This document shows, piece by piece, positions 25,857 to 33,945 of a stretch of DNA of 64,000 nucleotides. Positions within the stretch are counted from its first letter, which is position 1. Each line of letters opens with the position of its first letter. A program made the position numbers and the translations under genes. The stretch lies in the IMG/VR virus record IMGVR_UViG_3300046616_000314, positions 286,616 to 350,615 of that record; one strand, 5' to 3'. The stretch is from a virus. The notes beneath the pieces were generated by a model. That model had not been told where the DNA came from, did no database searches, and worked only from the letters and a program-made list of their open reading frames with translations.

Positions 25857-26375
25857 ATGAACATCATCTATAAGCACGGCGACCTAATGGCTTCGCCGGA
25901 AACATTCATCGTTCAGGGCTGTAACGCCCAAGGTGTAATGGGTTCGGGTGTCGCGAAGCTATTGCGTGACGCAGATGAAACCATTTACTCCGAATATCGA
26001 CAAGTTTACGAGGACCAAGGCAATTTCCTGAAGCAAGGGCAATGCGTTTGGGTTTTCTCGAAAGTGTTGAACAAGTTCGTTATCAACGCGATCACACAAC
26101 GATTTTATGGTCGCGAACCCGGCGTGGTCTACGCGGATTACGATGCCATTGAACAAGCGTTCCGTGACATCAATGATCATTTCTATAAGCATCGCAACGA
26201 GAATGCGACTATCCCTCAAGTGGCAATGCCTTTGATCGGAGCCGGGCTTGCTCAAGGTAAGTGGTCGATCATCGCTCAAACCATCGAAGAAAGCGCGGAG
26301 CATTTTCAGCCCGTCGTCTATCTGATGGACGGGATCATTCCCGATGGTGTTCAAGGGGAAGTCATCAATGCGTAA
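25857..26375 (+). CDS. macro domain protein (ADP-ribose binding / ADP-ribosyl hydrolase, Appr-1''-pase family)
   Basis: IVQGCNAQGVMGSGVAKLL (the N-A-x-N...GGGV-like motif) and QVAMPLIGAGLAQGKW (the PxIGxGxxG motif); 172 aa is typical for a single macro domain. Confidence 0.7.
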   Translation: MNIIYKHGDLMASPETFIVQGCNAQGVMGSGVAKLLRDADETIYSEYRQVYEDQGNFLKQGQCVWVFSKVLNKFVINAITQRFYGREPGVVYADYDAIEQAFRDINDHFYKHRNENATIPQVAMPLIGAGLAQGKWSIIAQTIEESAEHFQPVVYLMDGIIPDGVQGEVINA

Positions 26376-26619
26376 AATTATTCTAATTGCCTTGCTGGCT
26401 CTCAGTGCGTGTGGTCGCCCGCCCGAAAAAACCAGCGAAGACACCAAATCTACCGTGACCACCGATTTTACGTTGGTGCGCAAATGCGAGAACGGCAGCG
26501 AGCTATATCGACTAAGCAACGGAGACCTTGCGCAATACAACGCACCTAGCGAAGGTGAGGGATATTTCGTGAAGTTCGAAGGAACAATAGAAGAATATTG
26601 CGTCGAAGCTTCTTCTTGA
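26368..26619 (+). CDS. small lipoprotein
   Basis: MRKIILIALLALSAC: signal peptide with the L-S-A-C lipobox; AAGGGGAAG RBS; start taken inside the longer ORF at 26344. Confidence 0.5.
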   Translation: MRKIILIALLALSACGRPPEKTSEDTKSTVTTDFTLVRKCENGSELYRLSNGDLAQYNAPSEGEGYFVKFEGTIEEYCVEASS

Positions 26620-26674
26620 CCAAACGAAAATAATCGTGTAAAAAGCCCTTTGAAACTCTCAGAGGGCTTTTTTC

Positions 26675-26908
26675 ATGAGCACGGAATCGATTGGTGGCGC
26701 GTTGTCAGCGGAAGAACTGGGCGAAGCCCTGTCCGGTGGTAACTGGACCGTCGTGGAGACCGATCCCCGCTGGGAAGAAGAAAATCGTCTGCGGGCGATT
26801 GAAGACGAGAACGTTCGTCGTCGCACCGCCATGAAGAATCCCATCATTGCCTTCATCCACTGGGTTTACCAGTCCGAATGGCACAAGCAAACCAAAGCCG
26901 AACGCTGA
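26675..26908 (+). CDS. hypothetical protein
   Basis: 77 aa ORF; a terminator-like hairpin lies upstream at ~26640-26665. Confidence 0.35.
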   Translation: MSTESIGGALSAEELGEALSGGNWTVVETDPRWEEENRLRAIEDENVRRRTAMKNPIIAFIHWVYQSEWHKQTKAER

Positions 26909-27108
26909 TGGGAACGCAATTTCTTCGTCAAGGGAAATACGCCAAATTGTCGGCTCGTGGCAATGATGGTGTGGAATGGGTGGAAGATCGGGTGATTAGC
27001 TCGATCCTCTACGATGACGATATCATTGAATGTATTCGGAAAATGTACCCGGATGCTACCGAAATTCAAGTTGACCCTAACGCAGACGAATTTAAGAGAT
27101 TTATTTGA
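26878..27108 (+). CDS. hypothetical protein
   Basis: 76 aa ORF ending ...ADEFKRFI. Confidence 0.35.
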   Translation: MAQANQSRTLMGTQFLRQGKYAKLSARGNDGVEWVEDRVISSILYDDDIIECIRKMYPDATEIQVDPNADEFKRFI

Positions 27109-27485
27109 TGGCATATTCAGGTTGGGAAATTAGCGAAAAAGATCGCGCGACACTCATGGGGATCATGGGTGCCGCTTATCCTGACGTGATCGCTCATCAT
27201 ATCACCTTGCGTCCTTTTGTTCGCAAGGATGATCCCGACGAATTGCCCCCGGAAGTTGTCGCCGAAGCTGTTGGCTGGGCGGACAACGGTGTTGGCGTAC
27301 AAGCAATTGTTGTTGCGATAAACGGTTCCACCAAGCGTCCCGATGGTCGTACTTACCATATTACGTGGTCGATCAACCGCGCCGCTGGCTACAAGCCGGT
27401 GGACAGCAATCGTGTTATCGAACTAGGCTGGAATGTGCTCTTTGAGCCTGTTCCTCTGACAGTAACTCCCAAAATCTTCAGTTAG
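27105..27485 (+). CDS. hypothetical protein
   Basis: 126 aa ORF. Confidence 0.4.
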   Translation: MMAYSGWEISEKDRATLMGIMGAAYPDVIAHHITLRPFVRKDDPDELPPEVVAEAVGWADNGVGVQAIVVAINGSTKRPDGRTYHITWSINRAAGYKPVDSNRVIELGWNVLFEPVPLTVTPKIFS

Positions 27486-27495
27486 GATACTCGAT

Positions 27496-28554
27496 ATGGG
27501 TTCTTGGAACCATACCTGCATGATTTCTCGGATGCCGGTACTTGATGGAGAGAAAGTGGTTTCGCTATTCCTGGCTCAACAGAGCCAAGATTATGTGAGC
27601 TTCGTTTACGCCACCGCGTTGTGGGCGCCGATCCCGTACGTGGTTCATGGTGAATATAACGATTATGGCGCCGTCCATAATTTCACCGGCAAAAGCGACG
27701 CGCATCTGGTGGAGTATTTTAAAGAAAATGCTATCAAGATGGGCATTGGTGAAAACGAGTACCACGATATCGAAATCAGTGAAGAAAAGATTTCGAGTGA
27801 TGGTCTGGAATTCATCTACAGTGCCGACCACGAAAATCGTCTGCAATTCAGCGACTATCGGAAGAACAAACTTCTGGTGAAACACGTCGTAATCCGCGAA
27901 TCCTTGTACAACAAGGTGCTCTCGGATTACAGTTTCTCGAATTATCAAATGAAGCTGGGCGCCAAGAAAACCGACAGCTACGTTTCGGAAGATCACGAAT
28001 ACGTTCGGGTCAATTTCGCTTACATCACGCAAGATTGGGAAAACCAATCCAAGAAAATCATCGAACTGCTTCGCGAACAACTCAGCGAAGAAAAAAATAT
28101 GTTCGGAATGCGGGATGATTATCTCATTCGGACGTTGACACAAGATATTTACGACCACGAAGCCACGCTTCCTGCGCTACAATGGTTGAGCGGTGCATCG
28201 GGTGGGCGCGGCGAGTCGGCGGGATGGATGCCCCCTCTTGGCTTCTGGTCCAAGTTCAGTGGAATGTCGGACGCTGATGCGGCTGACTACCTGTACGAAT
28301 TCCTGAAGTTTGCGTGGTTCAATCGTTTCGTTTGGGATTCGCGCATCACGTGGTTCCCGTCCTGTAACGCCAGCCAAGATTCCGATATGGACGCCCAAGT
28401 CTTCCTGGCGAACTATATGAAGGAAGAAGCTCGATCCCTCATCAAGGAACGAATCGAAGACGATTGGGAATTCGATCCCGATCAGCTTGCGGCGGTCGAT
28501 TTGCTCGATTACAAGCCCGCCAACTTCGAAGATGCCACCATCGCCGAAGACTAA
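27496..28554 (+). CDS. hypothetical protein
   Basis: 352 aa ORF; the minus-strand ORF overlapping it looks like an antisense artefact. Confidence 0.5.
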   Translation: MGSWNHTCMISRMPVLDGEKVVSLFLAQQSQDYVSFVYATALWAPIPYVVHGEYNDYGAVHNFTGKSDAHLVEYFKENAIKMGIGENEYHDIEISEEKISSDGLEFIYSADHENRLQFSDYRKNKLLVKHVVIRESLYNKVLSDYSFSNYQMKLGAKKTDSYVSEDHEYVRVNFAYITQDWENQSKKIIELLREQLSEEKNMFGMRDDYLIRTLTQDIYDHEATLPALQWLSGASGGRGESAGWMPPLGFWSKFSGMSDADAADYLYEFLKFAWFNRFVWDSRITWFPSCNASQDSDMDAQVFLANYMKEEARSLIKERIEDDWEFDPDQLAAVDLLDYKPANFEDATIAED

Positions 28555-28559
28555 GGAAA

Positions 28560-28590
28560 AAGCCCCCGGAACGATCCGGGGGCTTCTTTC
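28560..28590 (+). terminator. rho-independent terminator
   Basis: AAAAGCCCCCGGAacgaTCCGGGGGCTTCTTTCG. Confidence 0.6.
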
Positions 28591-28791
28591 GTTGGTAAGG
28601 TGTCGGGTCTGGCTAGGGTCGTGAGTGGTCTCTATGGTGCGGACACAGAGACCACTCACGAATGACCAACAACGCAGGGTCGGGTCTGGGTGTGCCAGTC
28701 ACGCTTGCACCTTATAAACCATAGTTCTCTGTGTCAAATTGAATCGGACATAATGTCGCACTTTTTTATTGCATCTGTGAGTATGCACTGA

Positions 28792-28799
28792 TATAAATA
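28792..28799 (+). promoter_or_regulatory. T4 late-promoter consensus TATAAATA immediately upstream of the tRNA
   Basis: Exact TATAAATA lies 9 nt before tRNA position +1. Confidence 0.35.
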
Positions 28800-28808
28800 A
28801 TAACTGTT

Positions 28809-28883
28809 GCGGGTGTAGTTCAGTGGTAGAACATCAGTTTTCCAAACTGAGTGTCGCTGGTTCGATCCCAGTCACCCGCTCCA
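28809..28883 (+). tRNA. tRNA-Gly (anticodon UCC)
   Basis: Cloverleaf folded by hand: acceptor stem GCGGGTG/CACCCGC, D-arm GTTCAGTGGTAGAAC, anticodon stem TCAGT/ACTGA with loop TTTCCAA (anticodon TCC), T-arm GCTGG-TTCGATC-CCAGT, discriminator U, encoded CCA. Confidence 0.8.
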
Positions 28884-28888
28884 ATCCT

Positions 28889-29128
28889 TCAAATCTTTGG
28901 TGGTGCAGGCTTCTTAGGTAGAGGCTTGATGAATGCTGGATTTGTTAGCTTGTAGTGCGTGCCACACGCCGAACAATGGAAATCCAGAGTACGGAAGATC
29001 GCATTCTTGAAATGCAGTTCCGCAACTTGACCACAATCGCAACTGAATTGCAGTGGTCCCATCATCATTTTATATTGGTTAGTAGCCTCAATCTTGGGTT
29101 CTGAACCCGGAAACTTAATAATTTTCAT
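28889..29128 (-). CDS. small zinc-ribbon protein
   Basis: CDCG...HCSACG pattern, 79 aa. Confidence 0.4.
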   Translation of the reverse strand: MKIIKFPGSEPKIEATNQYKMMMGPLQFSCDCGQVAELHFKNAIFRTLDFHCSACGTHYKLTNPAFIKPLPKKPAPPKI

Positions 29129-29242
29129 TTTTACTGTTGTAACAAAGACCCGACCTTTGTTTCCTTTTGGAATATTTATTGGTCAGTAAAAAATTAATAA
29201 GTCCTCATATTGAATGAATGCGTTCAATCATATAGGGCAAAA

Positions 29243-31285
29243 TTATGTCACAACCAACGTAAACGTGCGGAAATTTGACGTATAATTGTCGTTTGCCGCC
29301 AATTCGAACGTATAAGTTCCGGCTGATACTGTTCCCGATAGTAGACCGGTTGCTGACAGCGTTGTTCCAGAAGGCAACGTTCCCGAAGCCAACATATATT
29401 TTACGCCTTGACCTTCTGGGTCAGTCGCAGAGAATTGCAAGCTGTATGCGCCTGCGGAAGCCCCTGGCAACGATGCTGCGGTATTCCAGTTAGGAGCACG
29501 GTTTGTGATTTGAACAGTAAAATTATGTGGAGTGATCAAAAACCCATCCGTTGCGGCGATAGTAAAACCATAAAAGGTAGTAGCTACATCAACAAATGGT
29601 ACGGTTCCAGTAATCACACCCGTATTTCCATTGAGTGTCCAATTATTGAAACCCAAATCTACGGAGCGATAGGTAATAGTCAAACCATCATCTGATCCTG
29701 TATTACACGTAATAGTGATAGGATCACCGCAATTGGCTTGAATAACCGCGCTATTGTTGTACCAAATAGGTCCAGCAGCGCGCTTAGTACCCAAGAAATC
29801 CGATAGGCGAATTTCTCCCGACGTTGGAATTCTTGACGTGTATGGACGATCTACCACATAGAAATTGCCCAAACCAAAAACCTTATGTGTATACGGATTC
29901 GTGCAGGTTCGGATGCCAAGATCATCGACGTGTTCAGTCGGGCTCAATGTCCAAACGGTACCCGAACGATTATAAACACTATTATTTCGATTGTCATAAA
30001 TCTTGGTGAAACCGACACCGGGTAATGTTCCACCGGCTGCTTTGGTTACTCCAATATTGGTTGTCTGGTTGATTTGATCCCCGGTGTAGTAAGTAGAATT
30101 TCCAGTTACGGGATCAACATATGCAAAAATATTATCGTATGTATACCATTTTGCATATACGGCGCCGGGGAGGGCTGCAACAATTTGGGCATACGTTTTC
30201 GACCCAGTAAGCGTTTGCCAACCATCCGCCGCTGTCAATGCTTGGTGGATAAATTCGATTCCACCAATTTGTTTATAATTTACATCAAAACAATATAGAC
30301 CCATAATGTGATGACATGGATTGCCATTTGTTGTGGTAGGATCGGTTACTTGGCGGCGATCCATAGACATATTGTATGTCGCGCCGCTTTCTAATTTAAA
30401 ATATGCCAATTCACCGTAGGATCGTGCCTGGATAATGCTACCCCAGTATTGCCCTTGTGTTTGGATGACTGGTCCCTTGGTCGGGTCAGTAACATACGTA
30501 ACCTGCCCGCCGCCGGGTAGGTTTCCACGCGGGACCATCGTTCCATAGTCAGATGATAGATACAATTGACTCGTATGAACAGAGGGGTGATTACCAGCCT
30601 CCGACAGGTACATGGAATCGAATTCCCATTGTGTGTCCACAACGTTGTTCGTAATCTCAGACAGCACGGTCTTGCGATAGTAATCAGTTAGCTTGGTTGG
30701 GGTAGGTCCAACGAATTCTGTTCGAATGTCGCCCAAGCTGATTTTCGGAAGCACTTCGAATTTGAGGATTTCGTAGATGGCATCCGAAAAGGGAATACCA
30801 TCAGGGGCTCCCGACCGATTTAGGCGAATACGCGGACGTGCCGCCGGATAATTTTGCGGACAAACCCACAAGCAAAGAATTTCGTACCATTCATTGACAA
30901 CCCACGATGATGTATCAATGAAATCATCGGGCGCGATCAAGCCAGGACCACTAGTCGGACCTTTAATAATAATGTTAGTTGAGTAATCAGTGGGCGCATC
31001 GGGATAGACAATAAAACCGGGTCTCAACCACGATGTAATACCAGATGACGCCGCAATCTTCCGCATGGTGGCGCGCATAAGATAAGACCGCCCGGCTTGT
31101 GGAACAAATGCATCAATGCCAGTGAGTGATGGACCCTCACCGGTTTTAGAACGGAATACTTGCTGACCATCACCATTAGTTACCAAATACGACGGATCAA
31201 TTGGAGTCGGAGACGCCGAATTTTCATTGAATGTCCAATCGTTTACGGACGTGAAGAGGGATGGGTAGTAGGGAGGTAGAGCCAT
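29243..31285 (-). CDS. tail fiber / host-recognition protein with C-terminal Ig-like (cadherin-like putative-Ig) repeats
   Basis: 680 aa, rich in G/T/N/S. C-terminal LPSGTTLSATGLLSGTVSAGTYTFELAANDNYTS (the ...LP.G.sld..tG.isGtp...g.y.f.v.a.d motif of the dystroglycan/cadherin-like Ig domain). Confidence 0.5.
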   Translation of the reverse strand: MALPPYYPSLFTSVNDWTFNENSASPTPIDPSYLVTNGDGQQVFRSKTGEGPSLTGIDAFVPQAGRSYLMRATMRKIAASSGITSWLRPGFIVYPDAPTDYSTNIIIKGPTSGPGLIAPDDFIDTSSWVVNEWYEILCLWVCPQNYPAARPRIRLNRSGAPDGIPFSDAIYEILKFEVLPKISLGDIRTEFVGPTPTKLTDYYRKTVLSEITNNVVDTQWEFDSMYLSEAGNHPSVHTSQLYLSSDYGTMVPRGNLPGGGQVTYVTDPTKGPVIQTQGQYWGSIIQARSYGELAYFKLESGATYNMSMDRRQVTDPTTTNGNPCHHIMGLYCFDVNYKQIGGIEFIHQALTAADGWQTLTGSKTYAQIVAALPGAVYAKWYTYDNIFAYVDPVTGNSTYYTGDQINQTTNIGVTKAAGGTLPGVGFTKIYDNRNNSVYNRSGTVWTLSPTEHVDDLGIRTCTNPYTHKVFGLGNFYVVDRPYTSRIPTSGEIRLSDFLGTKRAAGPIWYNNSAVIQANCGDPITITCNTGSDDGLTITYRSVDLGFNNWTLNGNTGVITGTVPFVDVATTFYGFTIAATDGFLITPHNFTVQITNRAPNWNTAASLPGASAGAYSLQFSATDPEGQGVKYMLASGTLPSGTTLSATGLLSGTVSAGTYTFELAANDNYTSNFRTFTLVVT

Positions 31286-31360
31286 ACCAATATTTAGCCC
31301 AAATTTTCGTTGACAAAAATTTTCAAAGTCGATAGTGGTAGGTCGGATTAACAGGAGGAT

Positions 31361-31591
31361 TTGTTAATGAGTAAGAAAGTCCCGACCGTGTACGAATTCG
31401 TACTCTGGGGTCTGGCGGCGATTCTAACCATGCCGATTTCGATTGTCGTGGCGTCGCGTCTGTTTAACCAGAAGAACGATTTCCTTCTGGTCATCGCTGG
31501 GCTTGTTCTGATCGGCGGCGTGCTGCTGGTCATCAAGCTCGTGTCTATCATTGTTGGGAAGCTTCAGCTTCTCGCCGCGAACAAGGAATAA
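31361..31591 (+). CDS. small membrane protein
   Basis: Two hydrophobic helices, 76 aa. Confidence 0.4.
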   Translation: MLMSKKVPTVYEFVLWGLAAILTMPISIVVASRLFNQKNDFLLVIAGLVLIGGVLLVIKLVSIIVGKLQLLAANKE

Positions 31592-31595
31592 CCCT

Positions 31596-32492
31596 TTGAT
31601 CAAGAAGCTTATGCTGGTTGCCGCCCTGGCGGTTACTGCGCTCACTTCGACCGCCTGTGGTCAGCGCATCGACTACAACGAAGCCGCCGTGGAAATCAAG
31701 GAATGGGGCTCGGGCGCCGGTGTCCAAGACACTGAAATCGGTACCGGTCGCTACTGGCGTCCGCCGTTCTCGGGCTACTACATCGTGAAGTTCCCGAAGC
31801 CGCTGCAAACCTACAAGTTCGACGGCGCCGATGGAAGCCAACCGTGCTTCCACTTCATCAACAAGGACAAGGTTGAAGTCACCGCCTGTCTGGCTCTGAC
31901 TGCCGTGATCCAAGCCGACAAGGCTTCGAACATCGTCGGCAAGTACCAAGGCGCCATCAGCAAGGGCGGCGGCTCGGACGGCTACGTTCTGGACGACATC
32001 ATTGATGGTCCGGTCGCTCGCGAAATTCAACAAGAGTTGAATTACACCGGCATCAACTACACCACCGAACAACTCTACAACGACGGTGGTCGCGCCCTGC
32101 TGGATCAAGTATCCGTCAAGGTGAAGACGATGTTCAACCCGGATGGCATCATGCTTCAGCAACTCATGTGGGCTAAGCCTCCGCGTCTGCCGGATGACAT
32201 CGTTGGGTCCATCAAGGGTGCCCTGAAGGCTCAGACCGACGCCACCCGCGCCAATGCGGAACTGGCTAAGACTGTCGCCGAAGGCAACAAGCGTCGTGCC
32301 GACGCTGACGCCAACGCCTACGTCCTGCAAACGGAAGCGCGTGCTATCGCCGCCAATCCCGAAATTCTGGCTAAGCTGGAAATCGAGCGTTCGACGGGCA
32401 TCTGTCCCCGTAACGCGGCGGTCTGTGTCGTGGGTGCTGACGCTCCTGCGGTGCTGAATGCGCTGGGTACGCGCCGCAAGCAAGAAGACTAA
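31596..32492 (+). CDS. SPFH (stomatin/prohibitin/flotillin/HflK-C) domain protein with signal peptide (probable lipoprotein)
   Basis: KKLMLVAALAVTALTSTAC signal. The core EIGTGRYWRPPFSGYYIVKF...FINKDKVEVTACLALTAVI plus the A/E/R-rich C-terminal helix ATRANAELAKTVAEGNKRRADADANAYVLQTEARAIAANPEILAKLEIER resemble HflC/prohibitin. Start taken at TTG 31596 behind AAGGAA; the track ORF begins at 31551. Confidence 0.55.
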   Translation: MIKKLMLVAALAVTALTSTACGQRIDYNEAAVEIKEWGSGAGVQDTEIGTGRYWRPPFSGYYIVKFPKPLQTYKFDGADGSQPCFHFINKDKVEVTACLALTAVIQADKASNIVGKYQGAISKGGGSDGYVLDDIIDGPVAREIQQELNYTGINYTTEQLYNDGGRALLDQVSVKVKTMFNPDGIMLQQLMWAKPPRLPDDIVGSIKGALKAQTDATRANAELAKTVAEGNKRRADADANAYVLQTEARAIAANPEILAKLEIERSTGICPRNAAVCVVGADAPAVLNALGTRRKQED

Positions 32493-32514
32493 CGTCCTCT
32501 AGCTACGGTCTAGA

Positions 32515-32548
32515 AAGAGCCCCCGTGAGCAATCGCGGGGGCTTTTTT
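32515..32548 (+). terminator. rho-independent terminator
   Basis: AGAGCCCCCGtgagcaatCGCGGGGGCTTTTTTGTG. Confidence 0.6.
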
Positions 32549-32572
32549 GTGTCTTGATTTTTTAATGATTGC

Positions 32573-32938
32573 GTGTATACTTCCGAAATTACTATGCGGA
32601 GATTTGTTATGCCCGAATTTCGAGCCAGCGATATCAGGACCACGAATTATTCTCACGCTTTCCAAGCGTCGATGTTCGCTGACAAAACCGAATGGACGAA
32701 AGCCAAGAGTGGCAAGGATTTCGCTCGAAAGTTTTTCGAAAAGAATCCCGATCTTTTGGAAGACCCTCGGACGTGGCAAGCCGGTCTCGGCGTCCAATTC
32801 GAAGAAGGTAAGTGGTCCTATTACCACCCTGGCGAATTCGGCTATATGATGCCCGACACGATTCGGGCTACGTTCTCGCCAGAAGTTTTGGCGGCGATGC
32901 AAAAGCTTCAGGACTTCGGTCAACCGCATGGTCTCTAA
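32573..32938 (+). CDS. hypothetical protein
   Basis: 121 aa ORF. Confidence 0.45.
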   Translation: MYTSEITMRRFVMPEFRASDIRTTNYSHAFQASMFADKTEWTKAKSGKDFARKFFEKNPDLLEDPRTWQAGLGVQFEEGKWSYYHPGEFGYMMPDTIRATFSPEVLAAMQKLQDFGQPHGL

Positions 32939-33944
32939 ACTCCTAACGCGCGAGCAATTCAGCGAGCAAGTGATTGGTCGTGCGAAGGGGAAGTGCGTCT
33001 TTTGTGGTGATCCGGCTACCGAAGCTCATCACATTATGGATCGCAAATTATTTAAGGATGGCGGATACTATCTCGATAACGGCGCGGCTGTCTGTAATAC
33101 CTGCCATATGAAATGCGAAGACAACACATTCACAGTTGAAGAAGTCAGAAAAGCGGCGGGTATTACTGAAGTAATTCTTCCACTTGACTTTGACCCCGAC
33201 TTACTATACGATAAGTGGGGTAATATCACACTTAGTGACGGAACAAGGGTCAAGGGACCGTTGTTTGAGGACACTGCGGTCCAAAAACTTTTGAAGAGGG
33301 AGCTTCGCATGTATGAACATCTTGTAAAGTATTCCTCGACTCCGCATCTGCCTCAGTCGCGGACGCGCACGGAAGACGACAAGGTTCTCAAGACCATCGA
33401 ACATCTGTTGAAGTTCAATGGTGTTGCGACTGAAAAAATGGATGGCGAGAATGCCTCGCTGTACAACCATCACTATCACGCACGGTCGCTTGATAGTCGT
33501 CACCACGTGTCGCGTGATTGGATCAAGTCGTTCTGGGCAACCATCAAGGAAGACATTCCGGTGGGTTGGCGCGTGTGCGGCGAAAATCTGTTCGCAGAGC
33601 ATTCCATTGGTTACAACGACCTTCCGAGCTATTTCCTCGGATTTTCGGTGTGGACCGACAAGAACGAATGTTTGGGCTGGGATGATAGCCTGGAATGGTT
33701 CGACCTTCTGGGCGTCACTCCGGTCCCGGTGCTGTATCGCGGTCCTATCTCTGAACAAGTCATCATGGACTTGATCAAGGGTATCGACATCACGGTTCAA
33801 GAGGGTTTCGTCCTTCGTAACGAAGGTTCGTTCCACTACGACGATTTTGCTTCTAATGTTGCCAAGTGGGTGCGTCCTAAGCACGTGCAAACGGACCAAC
33901 ATTGGATGGCGAAGGATGTCGTGCCCAACGGGCTTAGGAAGTAA
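32928..33944 (+). CDS. HNH nuclease - RNA ligase (Rnl2-like nucleotidyltransferase) fusion protein
   Basis: N-terminal HNH (CVFCGDPATEAHHIMDRKLFKDGGYYLDNGAAVCNTCH). C-terminal ligase motifs I EKMDGEN (KxDG), III/IV WRVCGENLFAEH and EGFVLRNE, V AKWVRPKH. Confidence 0.6.
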   Translation: MVSKLLTREQFSEQVIGRAKGKCVFCGDPATEAHHIMDRKLFKDGGYYLDNGAAVCNTCHMKCEDNTFTVEEVRKAAGITEVILPLDFDPDLLYDKWGNITLSDGTRVKGPLFEDTAVQKLLKRELRMYEHLVKYSSTPHLPQSRTRTEDDKVLKTIEHLLKFNGVATEKMDGENASLYNHHYHARSLDSRHHVSRDWIKSFWATIKEDIPVGWRVCGENLFAEHSIGYNDLPSYFLGFSVWTDKNECLGWDDSLEWFDLLGVTPVPVLYRGPISEQVIMDLIKGIDITVQEGFVLRNEGSFHYDDFASNVAKWVRPKHVQTDQHWMAKDVVPNGLRK

Positions 33945-33945
33945 G

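Noticed and set aside
31548-32483. 311 aa minus-strand ORF opposite the SPFH lipoprotein gene
   Set aside because: Arg/Gly/Val-rich antisense artefact; the plus-strand product has a signal peptide and SPFH similarity and is followed by a terminator.
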